This document shows, piece after piece, positions 8,742-17,955 of a DNA stretch of 37,478 nt (the first letter of the stretch is position 1; every line of letters starts with the position of its first letter). The stretch is taken from contig JALWTP010000040.1 in assembly GCA_027082835.1 (NCBI GenBank), positions 1 to 37,478 on the forward strand, written 5' to 3'. The translations under genes were made by a program, and so were the position numbers. Source of the DNA: Candidatus Kaiserbacteria bacterium (lineage in GTDB: Bacteria; Patescibacteriota; Minisyncoccia; Phycocordibacterales; UBA2100). The notes below the pieces were generated by a model, which saw nothing but the letters and a program-made list of their open reading frames with translations, did no database searches and had not been told where the DNA came from.

Positions 8742-8975
8742 ATGCGACAAGTTAATGACAGAGAGGTCTTGCTTGAGCGTCCTGAGGATGTTGAGCGAGC
8801 AATACAATGGTGCGAAAAAAACGGTGCGGTTGCAACCGTGTTTTTTGTTGAAGGGTACCCATCTGCCGGGAGATGCGACTGTGGTACGCGACCTCGTGAC
8901 TTTATTGAGCGTATGAAGCGCTTGGTCAGTAGGCAGTCTGATGTGCGTGCACGGGTTGGGGAGTGTCTGACATGA
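8742..8975 (+). CDS. hypothetical small protein (77 aa)
   Basis: GGAG (8731-8734) lies 7 nt before the ATG at 8742, and a terminator follows. No family recognised. Confidence 0.4.
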   Translation: MRQVNDREVLLERPEDVERAIQWCEKNGAVATVFFVEGYPSAGRCDCGTRPRDFIERMKRLVSRQSDVRARVGECLT

Positions 8976-8994
8976 CCTCTTGGTTCTTTTTGAG

Positions 8995-9024
8995 AAACGC
9001 CCCGACCGCTTCGGGGCGTTTTAC
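8995..9024. terminator. hairpin terminator between convergent genes
   Basis: AAACGCCCCGA-ccgct-TCGGGGCGTTT followed by T. Confidence 0.65.
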
Positions 9025-9108
9025 TATAAAATAATTAGTAAAATAAGTATTTTGTGGATAAGTATGGGTATAACAAGTGAACGAACGGTGTATAAAGTGT
9101 TGAAAAAC

Positions 9109-9717
9109 TTACCGATTATCAAGAATGGTCCAAATCGCACACGCGGCATAGGTGCGATACGGACGCCACTTTTGTGAGAGATCTTCCATTTCCTCCGGTG
9201 TTGGTAATGTTTTGAGTGAATATATCTTTGCAATACCTTTTTTAAGGCCGAGATCTCCTGTTGAAAACACATCCTCTCTGCCGAGTGCAAACATCAAAAA
9301 CATTTCAGTGGTCCATGGTCCAACACCGATGATTTTTTGCAGTTGCTCGCCAATGTGCGATTCATTTGCAGTACGCAGTGCACCAAGTGAGAGGGTGCGG
9401 GTAGACACCTTTTCACTCAGATCATAAAGAGCGCGGATTTTAGCATACGAAAAGCCCACCGCACGGAGTTCGTCTTTAGAGAGGTTTAATATCCTGCGAG
9501 CAGTTGGTTTGTTTTTGGGGAACAGGGTGCGAAATCTATTCCATATTGAATCAGCGGCACTTCCTGAGAGTTGTTGTCCGGCTATGGTACGACACAAACT
9601 GGCAAATAGGTCCGCTTTCTTTTCCGGTTCATCACGAAATGGTTTATCAAATGCAATAATTGCCTCGTAGAGTAGGGGGTCGTTTTTCTTAAAATGAGTA
9701 AGTACTTTCTTAGGCAT
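9109..9717 (-). CDS. HhH-GPD superfamily DNA glycosylase (AlkA-like DNA-3-methyladenine glycosylase II)
   Basis: IAGQQLSGSAADSIW, then the helix-hairpin-helix segment IIGVGPWTTEMFLMFALGREDVFSTGDLGL. Confidence 0.8.
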   Translation of the reverse strand: MPKKVLTHFKKNDPLLYEAIIAFDKPFRDEPEKKADLFASLCRTIAGQQLSGSAADSIWNRFRTLFPKNKPTARRILNLSKDELRAVGFSYAKIRALYDLSEKVSTRTLSLGALRTANESHIGEQLQKIIGVGPWTTEMFLMFALGREDVFSTGDLGLKKGIAKIYSLKTLPTPEEMEDLSQKWRPYRTYAACAIWTILDNR

Positions 9718-9798
9718 GGGTGTACTGTATCACATATACATATTTTTTTGATATAGAGAAAAGCGCCATAAATAGGTAAAAATTAGGTAGTGGTTGTT

Positions 9799-9821
9799 AC
9801 TAAGTGGTTCAACCGCTTAGT
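9799..9821. promoter_or_regulatory. palindromic site ACTAAGTGGTTCAACCGCTTAGT (candidate operator, copy 1)
   Basis: Near-perfect 23-nt dyad in the alkA-like/ileS divergent spacer. A related site lies at 9883-9897. Confidence 0.45.
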
Positions 9822-9850
9822 AATAGCTAAGTTGAAATAAACACCCCAAA

Positions 9851-9873
9851 TTTCCAAGGACCGCCCTTGGAAA
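9851..9873. repeat. 23-nt hairpin repeat TTTCCAAGGACCGCCCTTGGAAA, copy 1
   Basis: 9-bp stem and 5-nt loop. An identical 23-mer recurs at 33740-33762. Confidence 0.8.
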
Positions 9874-9882
9874 TTTTAGGTC

Positions 9883-9897
9883 AGCGGTTGAACCGCT
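9883..9897. promoter_or_regulatory. palindromic site AGCGGTTGAACCGCT (candidate operator, copy 2)
   Basis: Shares the GGTT-S-AACCGCTTA core with 9799-9821. The centres are about 80 bp apart. Confidence 0.45.
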
Positions 9898-9978
9898 TAC
9901 TTGTTAAACATTTACAAAAGTGTGTGGCTGAGTGCAAAAACTGACTATTGGAAAGATTTCTGGTACGATAGGGAACAT

Positions 9979-12816
9979 ATGACCAATGAAAAGACAGCTC
10001 GCGCGCTTCGCGAGGAAGAAACACAGAAATACTGGGAAGAAAATAATATTTTCCAAAAATCAGTGGATAAAGATGCACCAAACGGTGACTTTGTGTTTTA
10101 CGATGGTCCTCCATTTGCAACCGGCACACCACACTACGGTCATCTCGTGGCGAGTGCTATCAAAGACGCAGTACCGCGATATTGGACGATGCGTGGGTAT
10201 AAAGTGGAGCGTCAATGGGGATGGGATTGTCACGGGCTACCGCTTGAAAATATCGTTGAGAAAGATTTAAGTATTTCAGGACGGCAAGACATTTTAGATT
10301 TGGGAGTAAAGAAGTTTAACGATACCTGTCGCGAGAGAATAAAAGAAGTATCAGACGAATGGGGGAAGCTCATACCGCGATTTGGACGATGGGCCGATAT
10401 GGAGAATCCGTATCGCACTATGGACAAAACTTTTATGGAGAGCGAATGGTGGGTGTTTAAACAACTCTACGACAAAGGATTGGTGTATGAAGACTATCGC
10501 TCTATTCATATTTGTCCGCGGTGTGAGACGACACTTAGCCAGAGTGAAGTAACCGAAGGATATAAAGACATTAAAGATTTGTCGGTAACGGTGGAGTTTC
10601 CAGTAAAAGGGAAAGATAGCGTTGCGTTTCTTGCTTGGACGACGACGCCATGGACACTGCCGGGAAATACCGCACTCGCGGTGGGGGACGATATTGATTA
10701 TGTGACGATAGAAAAAAAAGATGCACAGACGGGAGATCTTGTACGGTATATTCTTGCCAAAGAAGCACTTGAGCGCGTATTCGGCGATGAGAAATATGAA
10801 ATAGTGGAAGAAATGAAAGGGAATGACTTGGTTGGCATTGAGTATATGCCTCCGTTTGATTCATATATAAACGATGACACTGTTGCCAATAGAGCAAACG
10901 GATGGAAGGTATACGCAGCAGACTTTATAGACACAGAAACAGGAACGGGTATCGCGCACGAAGCACCGGCGTTCGGTGCTGAGGACCTTGACTTGGCACA
11001 CAAAGAAAACCTACCTATCATTCAGCATGTGGGGATGAATGGGATCATCAAAGATGAAGTGAAGGAGTTAGCAGGACTGAATGTAAAACCAAAGGACGAC
11101 CATCAAGCAACGGATGTAGCGGTTATACAATACCTTGCACAAAAAGGAATACTCTTTGATAAAGAAAAAATAGAGCACTCATATCCGCACTGTTGGCGAT
11201 GCGACACTCCACTCTTGAATTACGCCACAAGTTCGTGGTTTGTTGCCGTAGAAAAAATGAAGCCGGAGTTGCTGGAATACGCAAAAGATATTAACTGGTC
11301 ACCAAAGCATATAAAAAAAGGACGCTGGGGTAATTGGCTTGAGGGGGCTCGCGATTGGTCTATTTCACGACAGCGATTTTGGGCAAATACTATTCCGGTG
11401 TGGCGATGTGAGAAATGTGGCACAGATGAAGTAATGGGAAGTATCGCTGATTTGAAAGAAAAAAGTGGTGTAGAAGTGGATGATCTCCACAAAGATGTGG
11501 TTGATGAAGTGACCTATGAATGTGATTGTGGAGGAATAATGCGACGCGTTCCTGATGTGCTTGATACTTGGTTTAATTCGGGCTCGGTACCGTTTGCATC
11601 GCGTCATTACCCATTTGAAAACAAAGAAAGCACAGAAAAAAGGATACCCGCAGACTTTATTGCCGAGGGTACCGACCAAACGCGCGCATGGTTCTATTAT
11701 CAGCATGTTCTTGCCGGAGGTGCCTTTAGTAGAAATACATTCAAAAATGTAATAGTGAACGGAATGGTAATGGCGGAAGACGGAAAGAAAATGAGTAAAA
11801 AACTCAAAAACTATCCAGATCCAAAACTAATGATAGATACCTACGGAGCTGATGCCATTCGTCTGTATCTACTTAGCTCACAAGTGGTGCGTGCGGAGGA
11901 TTTTAACTTCATAGAACGCGATGCGGCAAATGTGTCTAATAAAGTAATGGGGCGCCTGGAAAATATATACTCATTCTATGAATTATATAAAGATGCGGTT
12001 GAGCACACCGCAACAGACACCAGTACTCACATATTAGACAGATGGATAATCGCTCGTACACGACAACTTCACGAGCAGGTTACCACCGCAATGGATGCGT
12101 ACGAATTAGATAAAGCGACACGACCACTGTTTGACTTTGTAGACGATCTTTCTACATGGTATATACGCCGCTCTCGCGATAGGATAAAAGGAGAAGAAAT
12201 AAAAGAAACACTTCAAACGATACGATTTGTTTTGATTGAGTATGCAAAGATATGCGCGCCGTTTACTCCATTTATGGCAGAATGGCTCTTTGAACGCGTG
12301 CGAGAAGATGACGCAATCCAAAGTGTACACCTACTACCGTGGAGCGAGAATAAAAAGTGGGATACTGATGTGCTTACCACTATGGCAGAAGTGCGCGCGG
12401 TAGTGTCTCAGGCACTTGAAAAGCGAATGGATGCCGGTATTAAAGTGCGTCAACCGTTGCAATCCATAACACTCCAAAAGGAAGTAGCACCTGAGTATCG
12501 TGCAATCATTGCTGACGAGGTAAATGTAAAAGAGGTAATAATAGACACCTCCGTTGCCGACATCGTGCTCAACACAGAAATAACTCCTGAATTGAAAAAA
12601 GAAGGACAGGTGCGTGATATTATCCGCGAAATACAAAAGGCACGAAAAGAGGGCAACTTCACTTTAGATGATGTTGGGAAAGCGACTATTTCAGGAAGCG
12701 AGGATGTTCTCAGTGTTGTTGAGGAATATACAAAGGATATAGAAACACAAACAAATACGAAGGTTGCGATAGGAGAGACTCAAGATGAAGTAGAGATTGT
12801 AGTAAATAAACAGTAA
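9979..12816 (+). CDS. ileS: isoleucine--tRNA ligase, type 2 (eukaryote-like) form
   Basis: HYGH motif (PHYGHLVAS), editing-domain WTTTPWTLP, and KMSKKLKNYPDP. The ATG at 9979 is preferred over the TTG at 9901 in the track. Confidence 0.95.
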   Translation: MTNEKTARALREEETQKYWEENNIFQKSVDKDAPNGDFVFYDGPPFATGTPHYGHLVASAIKDAVPRYWTMRGYKVERQWGWDCHGLPLENIVEKDLSISGRQDILDLGVKKFNDTCRERIKEVSDEWGKLIPRFGRWADMENPYRTMDKTFMESEWWVFKQLYDKGLVYEDYRSIHICPRCETTLSQSEVTEGYKDIKDLSVTVEFPVKGKDSVAFLAWTTTPWTLPGNTALAVGDDIDYVTIEKKDAQTGDLVRYILAKEALERVFGDEKYEIVEEMKGNDLVGIEYMPPFDSYINDDTVANRANGWKVYAADFIDTETGTGIAHEAPAFGAEDLDLAHKENLPIIQHVGMNGIIKDEVKELAGLNVKPKDDHQATDVAVIQYLAQKGILFDKEKIEHSYPHCWRCDTPLLNYATSSWFVAVEKMKPELLEYAKDINWSPKHIKKGRWGNWLEGARDWSISRQRFWANTIPVWRCEKCGTDEVMGSIADLKEKSGVEVDDLHKDVVDEVTYECDCGGIMRRVPDVLDTWFNSGSVPFASRHYPFENKESTEKRIPADFIAEGTDQTRAWFYYQHVLAGGAFSRNTFKNVIVNGMVMAEDGKKMSKKLKNYPDPKLMIDTYGADAIRLYLLSSQVVRAEDFNFIERDAANVSNKVMGRLENIYSFYELYKDAVEHTATDTSTHILDRWIIARTRQLHEQVTTAMDAYELDKATRPLFDFVDDLSTWYIRRSRDRIKGEEIKETLQTIRFVLIEYAKICAPFTPFMAEWLFERVREDDAIQSVHLLPWSENKKWDTDVLTTMAEVRAVVSQALEKRMDAGIKVRQPLQSITLQKEVAPEYRAIIADEVNVKEVIIDTSVADIVLNTEITPELKKEGQVRDIIREIQKARKEGNFTLDDVGKATISGSEDVLSVVEEYTKDIETQTNTKVAIGETQDEVEIVVNKQ

Positions 12817-12820
12817 TACT

Positions 12821-13399
12821 ATGGCACACATTGTGCATACAACGGATAGTTTGGTTCTCGGAAGTACTCCGGTCCAAGATGCAGACAAATTATTTTGGCT
12901 TCTCACCAAAGATATCGGACTTATATTCGCCAGTGCAAAAAGTGTACGAGAAGAAGCGTCAAAATTACGCTATTCTTTACAAGATTTTTCGTACTCAAAA
13001 GTATCTTTGGTAAAAGGGAGAGGACTGTGGAGAATAACCGGAGCGGAAGTCATTGACGGTGCACTTGATGTTCAAAATGCAAAAGTGTTTGGCGACATCA
13101 CTGTGCTTGCCAGGAAAATAATACCTGCTGAAGAATCATCAAATGAAGCGTATCGTGTGCTTAAAGAAGCTCGCGAGCAATTGTCTGCAGAAAAAGAAAG
13201 TGCATACAAAAAAGCGATTGAATATCTGTGTGTTGCGCGATTATTATATACGCTTGGGTATCTGGAAAAGAAGACACAAGTACAAAGCCTCATTGAAAGT
13301 GGAACATACACGAGGGATATATTAGACGAAGTATTACACAAAAAAGAAGTGTTACTACCTATAATAAATACAGGAATAGCGAATACTCACTTGGTGTAA
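12821..13399 (+). CDS. recO: RecO-like DNA repair protein (short form)
   Basis: The N-terminus (DSLVLGSTPVQDADKLFWLLTKDIGLIFASAKSVR..SKLR) resembles the RecO OB-fold pattern. No zinc finger is seen, so the assignment is tentative. Confidence 0.45.
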   Translation: MAHIVHTTDSLVLGSTPVQDADKLFWLLTKDIGLIFASAKSVREEASKLRYSLQDFSYSKVSLVKGRGLWRITGAEVIDGALDVQNAKVFGDITVLARKIIPAEESSNEAYRVLKEAREQLSAEKESAYKKAIEYLCVARLLYTLGYLEKKTQVQSLIESGTYTRDILDEVLHKKEVLLPIINTGIANTHLV

Positions 13400-13425
13400 A
13401 TGCGATGATAACCACACGCGACATA

Positions 13426-13454
13426 CCGACAAAAAGACTTTAAAAAGGTATACT
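13426..13454 (+). promoter_or_regulatory. promoter candidate CCGACA-17-TATACT ending 7 nt before ATG 13462
   Basis: Hexamers at 13426-13431 and 13449-13454. Confidence 0.35.
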
Positions 13455-13461
13455 TACTACT

Positions 13462-15492
13462 ATGGAGCAGGAAGATTTTTCAAATAATGGCGGTCAAAAA
13501 CATACTTTTCCTAAAAAAGGGAAAATAAGTCAGCTGAAACAGCAGATGTATTCGCGTTTTAAACAACCGCTCAAGCATCCACGCAGAACACTCAACCCTA
13601 TACAGCCGTCTGTAAAAAGTGACTGGGAAAGAAAGGGTATTTCAATGAGTACTTTACAAAGGGCACAGGATAAAGAAACACTGACAAGTGAAAGTGCGTC
13701 AATGGTAGAGACAATGCCACAGGCAGCCAGACAAACATACAAAAGGCATTCATTTCCTATGAAATTTCTATTATTTTCTTTCGGTGTATTTGTATTGGTT
13801 GGAGGAGTGTCTGCTGTATATTTGCTTTCAGGATCAAACACCGTATCGGCACGCAAAATAGAAGTGTCAGTAAACGGACCGCGCACACTTGAAGGAGGAG
13901 ATATTTTGCCATTACAAATTACAGTAACTAACAAAAACAACACCACTCTGGAACTTGCTGATTTGATAATAAAATATCCAAGTGGTACACATAGTCCTGC
14001 TGATCTTACTCAAACTTTGGAAACCCAGAGAATAAAGTTAGGCTCTATAGAGCCTGGCGGAGTACGCAATGGAGAGGTAAAAGTGGCACTTTTCGGGCAA
14101 AATGGAGAAGTAAAAGAGTCTTCTGTGGAACTTGAATATAGACTAGCCAATTCAAGCGGGCTGTTTTCTACTCAACCGGTGAAGCATTCTGTCGTTATCT
14201 CATCTTCGGCGTTGGATATGTCTCTTGAAGCAAATGGGCAGGCGATAGCGGGACAGCCACTTACTATGACTCTTAAGGTCACTTCAAATTCAAAAGAAAC
14301 CATGGGAGATGTTGTGCTGCATCCCACATATCCTTTTGGCTTTAAAGTAGTGAAAACAATTCCAGAAATGAAAAAGGATTCCGAACTTTGGGAGTTGGGG
14401 AACTTAAACCCCGGAGATACCAAAACAATAAAAATAACGGGGACATTAGATGGCCAAGAAGGTGATGTGCGCACTTTCCGATTTGTAGGTGGTACACGAA
14501 AGGTGCCACAATCACACAAAGTAGATGTAGTGCTTTCACAGTTTGAAAAACAGATTGCTGTGTCGCGACCGTTTTTGAATATGTCGCTTTCATATGATGG
14601 AAAGACAGATAAGGATTATGTGGCACAGGCTGGGGTGCCAATACAGGTAAGCTTGAATTGGAAAAATAATCTTTCAGTTCCTCTAACAGATGTAACCATC
14701 GCCGCAACGATAAAAGGAAGTGGGTTTGACCCGTTCACTATTGCACCCGACAGGGGCTTCTACCGATCTGCAGATTCTCTTGTTATATGGGACAAAACCA
14801 CGACAGATGGAGCTTTGGAGCGTATTGAACCGGGCGAGGAAGGATCTTTTAGCATACGATTGACTCCTAAAATCGCGAGCAAGCTCATACATATAGAGAA
14901 TCCAACTATTGTTTTTGAATTACATGCAGCAGGACAACGCCTTTCTGAAAGCAATGTACCTGAGATTATAAAATCAGTAGTAACAAACGAAATAAAAGTG
15001 GCAACCGATGCGTCATTTACTTCTCGTGGGCTTTATTTTGATAATCCTTTAGGAAGCACCGGGCCACTGCCTCCACAAGTAAATCATGAGACAACCTATG
15101 GTATATTGTGGGAAATATCAAATACGACCAATACTGTTAAAGATGCAGTGGTAACTGCGGTACTGCCACCATATATGCGATTTGAAGGTAATGTCAATCC
15201 TACTGATGAACGAGTCGTCTTTAACGAAAATGACCGTACAATTACATGGTATGTGGGTACGATGCTGGGAGATACCGGTGTGGCGGATACACCACCAAAG
15301 AGAGTTCTTTTCTCGGTAGGTCTTATACCAAGTACCACCCAAGAAGGAAGAATTCCAATTCTTATAAAAAACCAAAAATTTACTGCCACAGACACCTTCA
15401 CGAATAAAGAAATAACCACTAAGGCACATGATACTTCTGCAATGCTTCAAGAAAGTCGGTTCGTGGATTATTATGGCAAAGTAGTGCGGTAG
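13462..15492 (+). CDS. large membrane-anchored extracytoplasmic protein, function unknown
   Basis: 676 aa. It has a roughly 95-aa basic N-terminal tail, one TM helix (FLLFSFGVFVLVGGVSAVYLL), then about 550 aa of beta-rich sequence with CARDB/DUF11-like stretches (GGDILPLQITVTNKNNTTLE). Confidence 0.65.
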   Translation: MEQEDFSNNGGQKHTFPKKGKISQLKQQMYSRFKQPLKHPRRTLNPIQPSVKSDWERKGISMSTLQRAQDKETLTSESASMVETMPQAARQTYKRHSFPMKFLLFSFGVFVLVGGVSAVYLLSGSNTVSARKIEVSVNGPRTLEGGDILPLQITVTNKNNTTLELADLIIKYPSGTHSPADLTQTLETQRIKLGSIEPGGVRNGEVKVALFGQNGEVKESSVELEYRLANSSGLFSTQPVKHSVVISSSALDMSLEANGQAIAGQPLTMTLKVTSNSKETMGDVVLHPTYPFGFKVVKTIPEMKKDSELWELGNLNPGDTKTIKITGTLDGQEGDVRTFRFVGGTRKVPQSHKVDVVLSQFEKQIAVSRPFLNMSLSYDGKTDKDYVAQAGVPIQVSLNWKNNLSVPLTDVTIAATIKGSGFDPFTIAPDRGFYRSADSLVIWDKTTTDGALERIEPGEEGSFSIRLTPKIASKLIHIENPTIVFELHAAGQRLSESNVPEIIKSVVTNEIKVATDASFTSRGLYFDNPLGSTGPLPPQVNHETTYGILWEISNTTNTVKDAVVTAVLPPYMRFEGNVNPTDERVVFNENDRTITWYVGTMLGDTGVADTPPKRVLFSVGLIPSTTQEGRIPILIKNQKFTATDTFTNKEITTKAHDTSAMLQESRFVDYYGKVVR

Positions 15493-15496
15493 GTCC

Positions 15497-15525
15497 TTGC
15501 TCTTATACGGCATACCTTTTATAGT
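15497..15525 (+). promoter_or_regulatory. promoter candidate TTGCTC-17-TATAGT ending 6 nt before glyQS ATG
   Basis: Hexamers at 15497-15502 and 15520-15525. ATG at 15532. Confidence 0.4.
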
Positions 15526-15531
15526 ACCCCT

Positions 15532-16833
15532 ATGGAAAACACCAAAGACACAACAATGGAGAAAGTGGTAAGTCTCGCAAAAAGGCGTGGGTTTATATTT
15601 CAAGGTTCTGAAATATATGGTGGCCTTGCGGGGGCGTGGGACTATGGACCACTTGGCGTTACACTCAAAAACAATATAAAACGAGCGTGGTGGCGTATGT
15701 TTGTTGAGGAGCGAGACGATATGTATGGATTGGACGCTGCAATTTTAATGAATGAGAAGGTGTGGGAAGCAAGTGGGCACACAGGAGCGGGATTTACCGA
15801 CCCGTTAGTAGAATGCGAAAAATGTCACAAAAGATATAGAGAAGATCACCTTGAAAGTACAGAAAAATGTCCGGAATGTGGCGGAAAACTGGGGGAAAAG
15901 AAAGATTTTAACCTTATGTTTGAAACAAAAGTGGGTGCGCAAGGAAATGCCAAAAGTTATTTGCGGCCGGAAACAGCGCAGGGCATCTTTGTTAACTTCA
16001 AAAATGTAGTAGACACAATGCGACCAAAACTACCATTTGGTATTGCGCAGATTGGAAAAGCGTTCCGGAATGAAATTGCCCCTCGTGAGTTTCTTTTTCG
16101 TACGCGCGAGTTTGAACAAATGGAGATAGAGTACTTTGTCTATGAAAACGATTGGGAACACTTTTTTGAAGAGTGGCGAATACGCATATGGAATTGGATA
16201 GATGTATTGGGGCTGTCTCACGAGCGTGTGAGGGAAGTAGATGTTGTGGGGAACGACTTGGCACACTATTCAAAGAAAACCATTGATTTTGAATACGATT
16301 TCCCTGGTAAAGGATTTGACGAATTATCAGGATTGGCATATCGCACTGCGCATGATTTAGAGAGTCATATAAAAGGAAGCGGGCAAAGGTTGGTATATAC
16401 AGATGCCGAAGGGAAGACTACGGTACCACATGTTATAGAGCCTTCGTTTGGATTAGATAGAGCGGTAATGGCAGTACTTACACAAAGTTATACCGAAGAT
16501 AACTTGGGAAAAGACACTAGAGTATTTCTTAAATTGCCAAAAGACCTGGCGCCGGTGAAGGTTGCCGTATTTCCTTTGATGAAAAACAAACCGGAATTGG
16601 TGGCAAAGGCGCGAGAAGTATATGAAGAAGTGAAAAAGATTATTCCAAACAGTATGTTTGACGACAACGGTAATGTCGGAAAGAGATACAGACGCCAAGA
16701 TGAAATAGGAACACCGTGGTGTGTTACTGTGGATTTTGACACTCTTGAGGACAATACTGTAACTCTACGCAATCGCGATACAGGAGAACAGGAGAGGATC
16801 GCATTAAGTGCACTTATAGCAGAACTTCATTAA
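15532..16833 (+). CDS. glyQS: glycine--tRNA ligase (class II, dimeric GlyQS type)
   Basis: RRGFIFQGSEIYGGLAGAWDYGPLGV and FRNEIAPREFLFRTREFEQME motifs. An alternative start exists at 15556. Confidence 0.95.
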   Translation: MENTKDTTMEKVVSLAKRRGFIFQGSEIYGGLAGAWDYGPLGVTLKNNIKRAWWRMFVEERDDMYGLDAAILMNEKVWEASGHTGAGFTDPLVECEKCHKRYREDHLESTEKCPECGGKLGEKKDFNLMFETKVGAQGNAKSYLRPETAQGIFVNFKNVVDTMRPKLPFGIAQIGKAFRNEIAPREFLFRTREFEQMEIEYFVYENDWEHFFEEWRIRIWNWIDVLGLSHERVREVDVVGNDLAHYSKKTIDFEYDFPGKGFDELSGLAYRTAHDLESHIKGSGQRLVYTDAEGKTTVPHVIEPSFGLDRAVMAVLTQSYTEDNLGKDTRVFLKLPKDLAPVKVAVFPLMKNKPELVAKAREVYEEVKKIIPNSMFDDNGNVGKRYRRQDEIGTPWCVTVDFDTLEDNTVTLRNRDTGEQERIALSALIAELH

Positions 16834-16914
16834 TGCTATTCAGGTGATTAGTGAATGTAGCATATCTTTGCATATATCAATGTGGTCTATATACTATGGT
16901 TATAGACAAAGAGT

Positions 16915-17955
16915 ATGAAGGAAACAAGCATTACAATCACAACAGGAACAATTATACGAGTAATTGTACTACTCGCTTCGGCGGCGCTGCTTTGGTATTT
17001 GCGTGATCTTGTACTTATAGTTCTCACCTCTATTGTTATTGCTTCATCTATTGAGCCGGCTGCGAGGGTGCTGAGAAAACATAGAGTACCACGCGTGTTG
17101 GCGGTTCTTGCAGTGTATCTTAGTTTTTTTGCAACATTTTTTGCTGTTATATTCTTCCTTTTGCCACCAGTTCTTAATGAAACATCATCATTAATAAACA
17201 CAGTTCCTATGTATATTGATACTATACATACTCCTGCAGGAAATATAGACCAAAATACACTCAATCATACAAAGACATTACTGAGTGACTTTTCGCTAAA
17301 GGACACCACTAACGATATCGCCAATTTTATGAAAGGTCTTTCAGGAAACTTTTTAATGGCGATAAGTGTTATATTTGGTGGTGCATTTAGTTTGATTTTA
17401 ATTGTTGTATTTTCATTTTATTTTGCTATAAACGAAAAGGGTATTGAAGAGTTTTTGCGTGTGGTAACACCACTGCAATACGAAAATTATGTTCTTGATC
17501 TCTGGCGTCGCACAAAAGTAAAAATAGGATTATGGATGCAGGGGCAGTTTCTACTCGCCATTCTCATAGGGGTTTTGACCTATCTTGGTCTTGCAATACT
17601 TGGTATACAGTATGCATTGGTGCTTGCGGTTATAGCAGCAACAATGGAGCTTATACCGGTCTTCGGTCCTATTTTGGCATCTATTCCCGCAATAGCATTG
17701 GCATTTACCGGAGGTGGAATAACTATGGCGCTCATTGTAGCTGCGTTTTATATAATCATCCAACAATTTGAAAATCACCTCATCTATCCGCTTGTGGTGA
17801 CTAAAGTGGTCGGTGTTCCTCCTATTTTGGTTATTATTGCATTGTTGATTGGAGCAAAGGTTGCAGGAATATTGGGTATATTACTTTCTGTTCCTCTTGC
17901 AGCTGCCGCACAAGAGCTGTTTAATGATGCTGAAAAGTCTCGCAAGGCACACTAA
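16915..17955 (+). CDS. AI-2E family transporter (PerM/UPF0118)
   Basis: Polytopic membrane protein with the characteristic ELIPVFGPILASIPA segment. Confidence 0.85.
   Translation: MKETSITITTGTIIRVIVLLASAALLWYLRDLVLIVLTSIVIASSIEPAARVLRKHRVPRVLAVLAVYLSFFATFFAVIFFLLPPVLNETSSLINTVPMYIDTIHTPAGNIDQNTLNHTKTLLSDFSLKDTTNDIANFMKGLSGNFLMAISVIFGGAFSLILIVVFSFYFAINEKGIEEFLRVVTPLQYENYVLDLWRRTKVKIGLWMQGQFLLAILIGVLTYLGLAILGIQYALVLAVIAATMELIPVFGPILASIPAIALAFTGGGITMALIVAAFYIIIQQFENHLIYPLVVTKVVGVPPILVIIALLIGAKVAGILGILLSVPLAAAAQELFNDAEKSRKAH

Noticed and set aside
9053-9061. Perfect DnaA box TGTGGATAA
   Set aside because: It is a single isolated copy between a terminator and the 3' end of the alkA-like gene. 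There is no cluster, no AT-rich unwinding element and no dnaA/dnaN context, so it is probably chance.
9799-9821. tRNA-like GGTTCAACC (T-loop-like) sequence, and a possible T-box leader upstream of ileS
   Set aside because: No acceptor, D or anticodon arms can be drawn around it, and it is a DNA-style dyad with a 1-nt centre. No T-box conserved sequence or specifier-loop architecture was found between 9718 and 9978.
9901-9978. TTG-initiated 26-aa N-terminal extension of ileS in the track
   Set aside because: The extension overlaps the second palindromic site and has no similarity to IleRS N-termini. The ATG at 9979 gives the expected start (…EETQKYWEENNIF).
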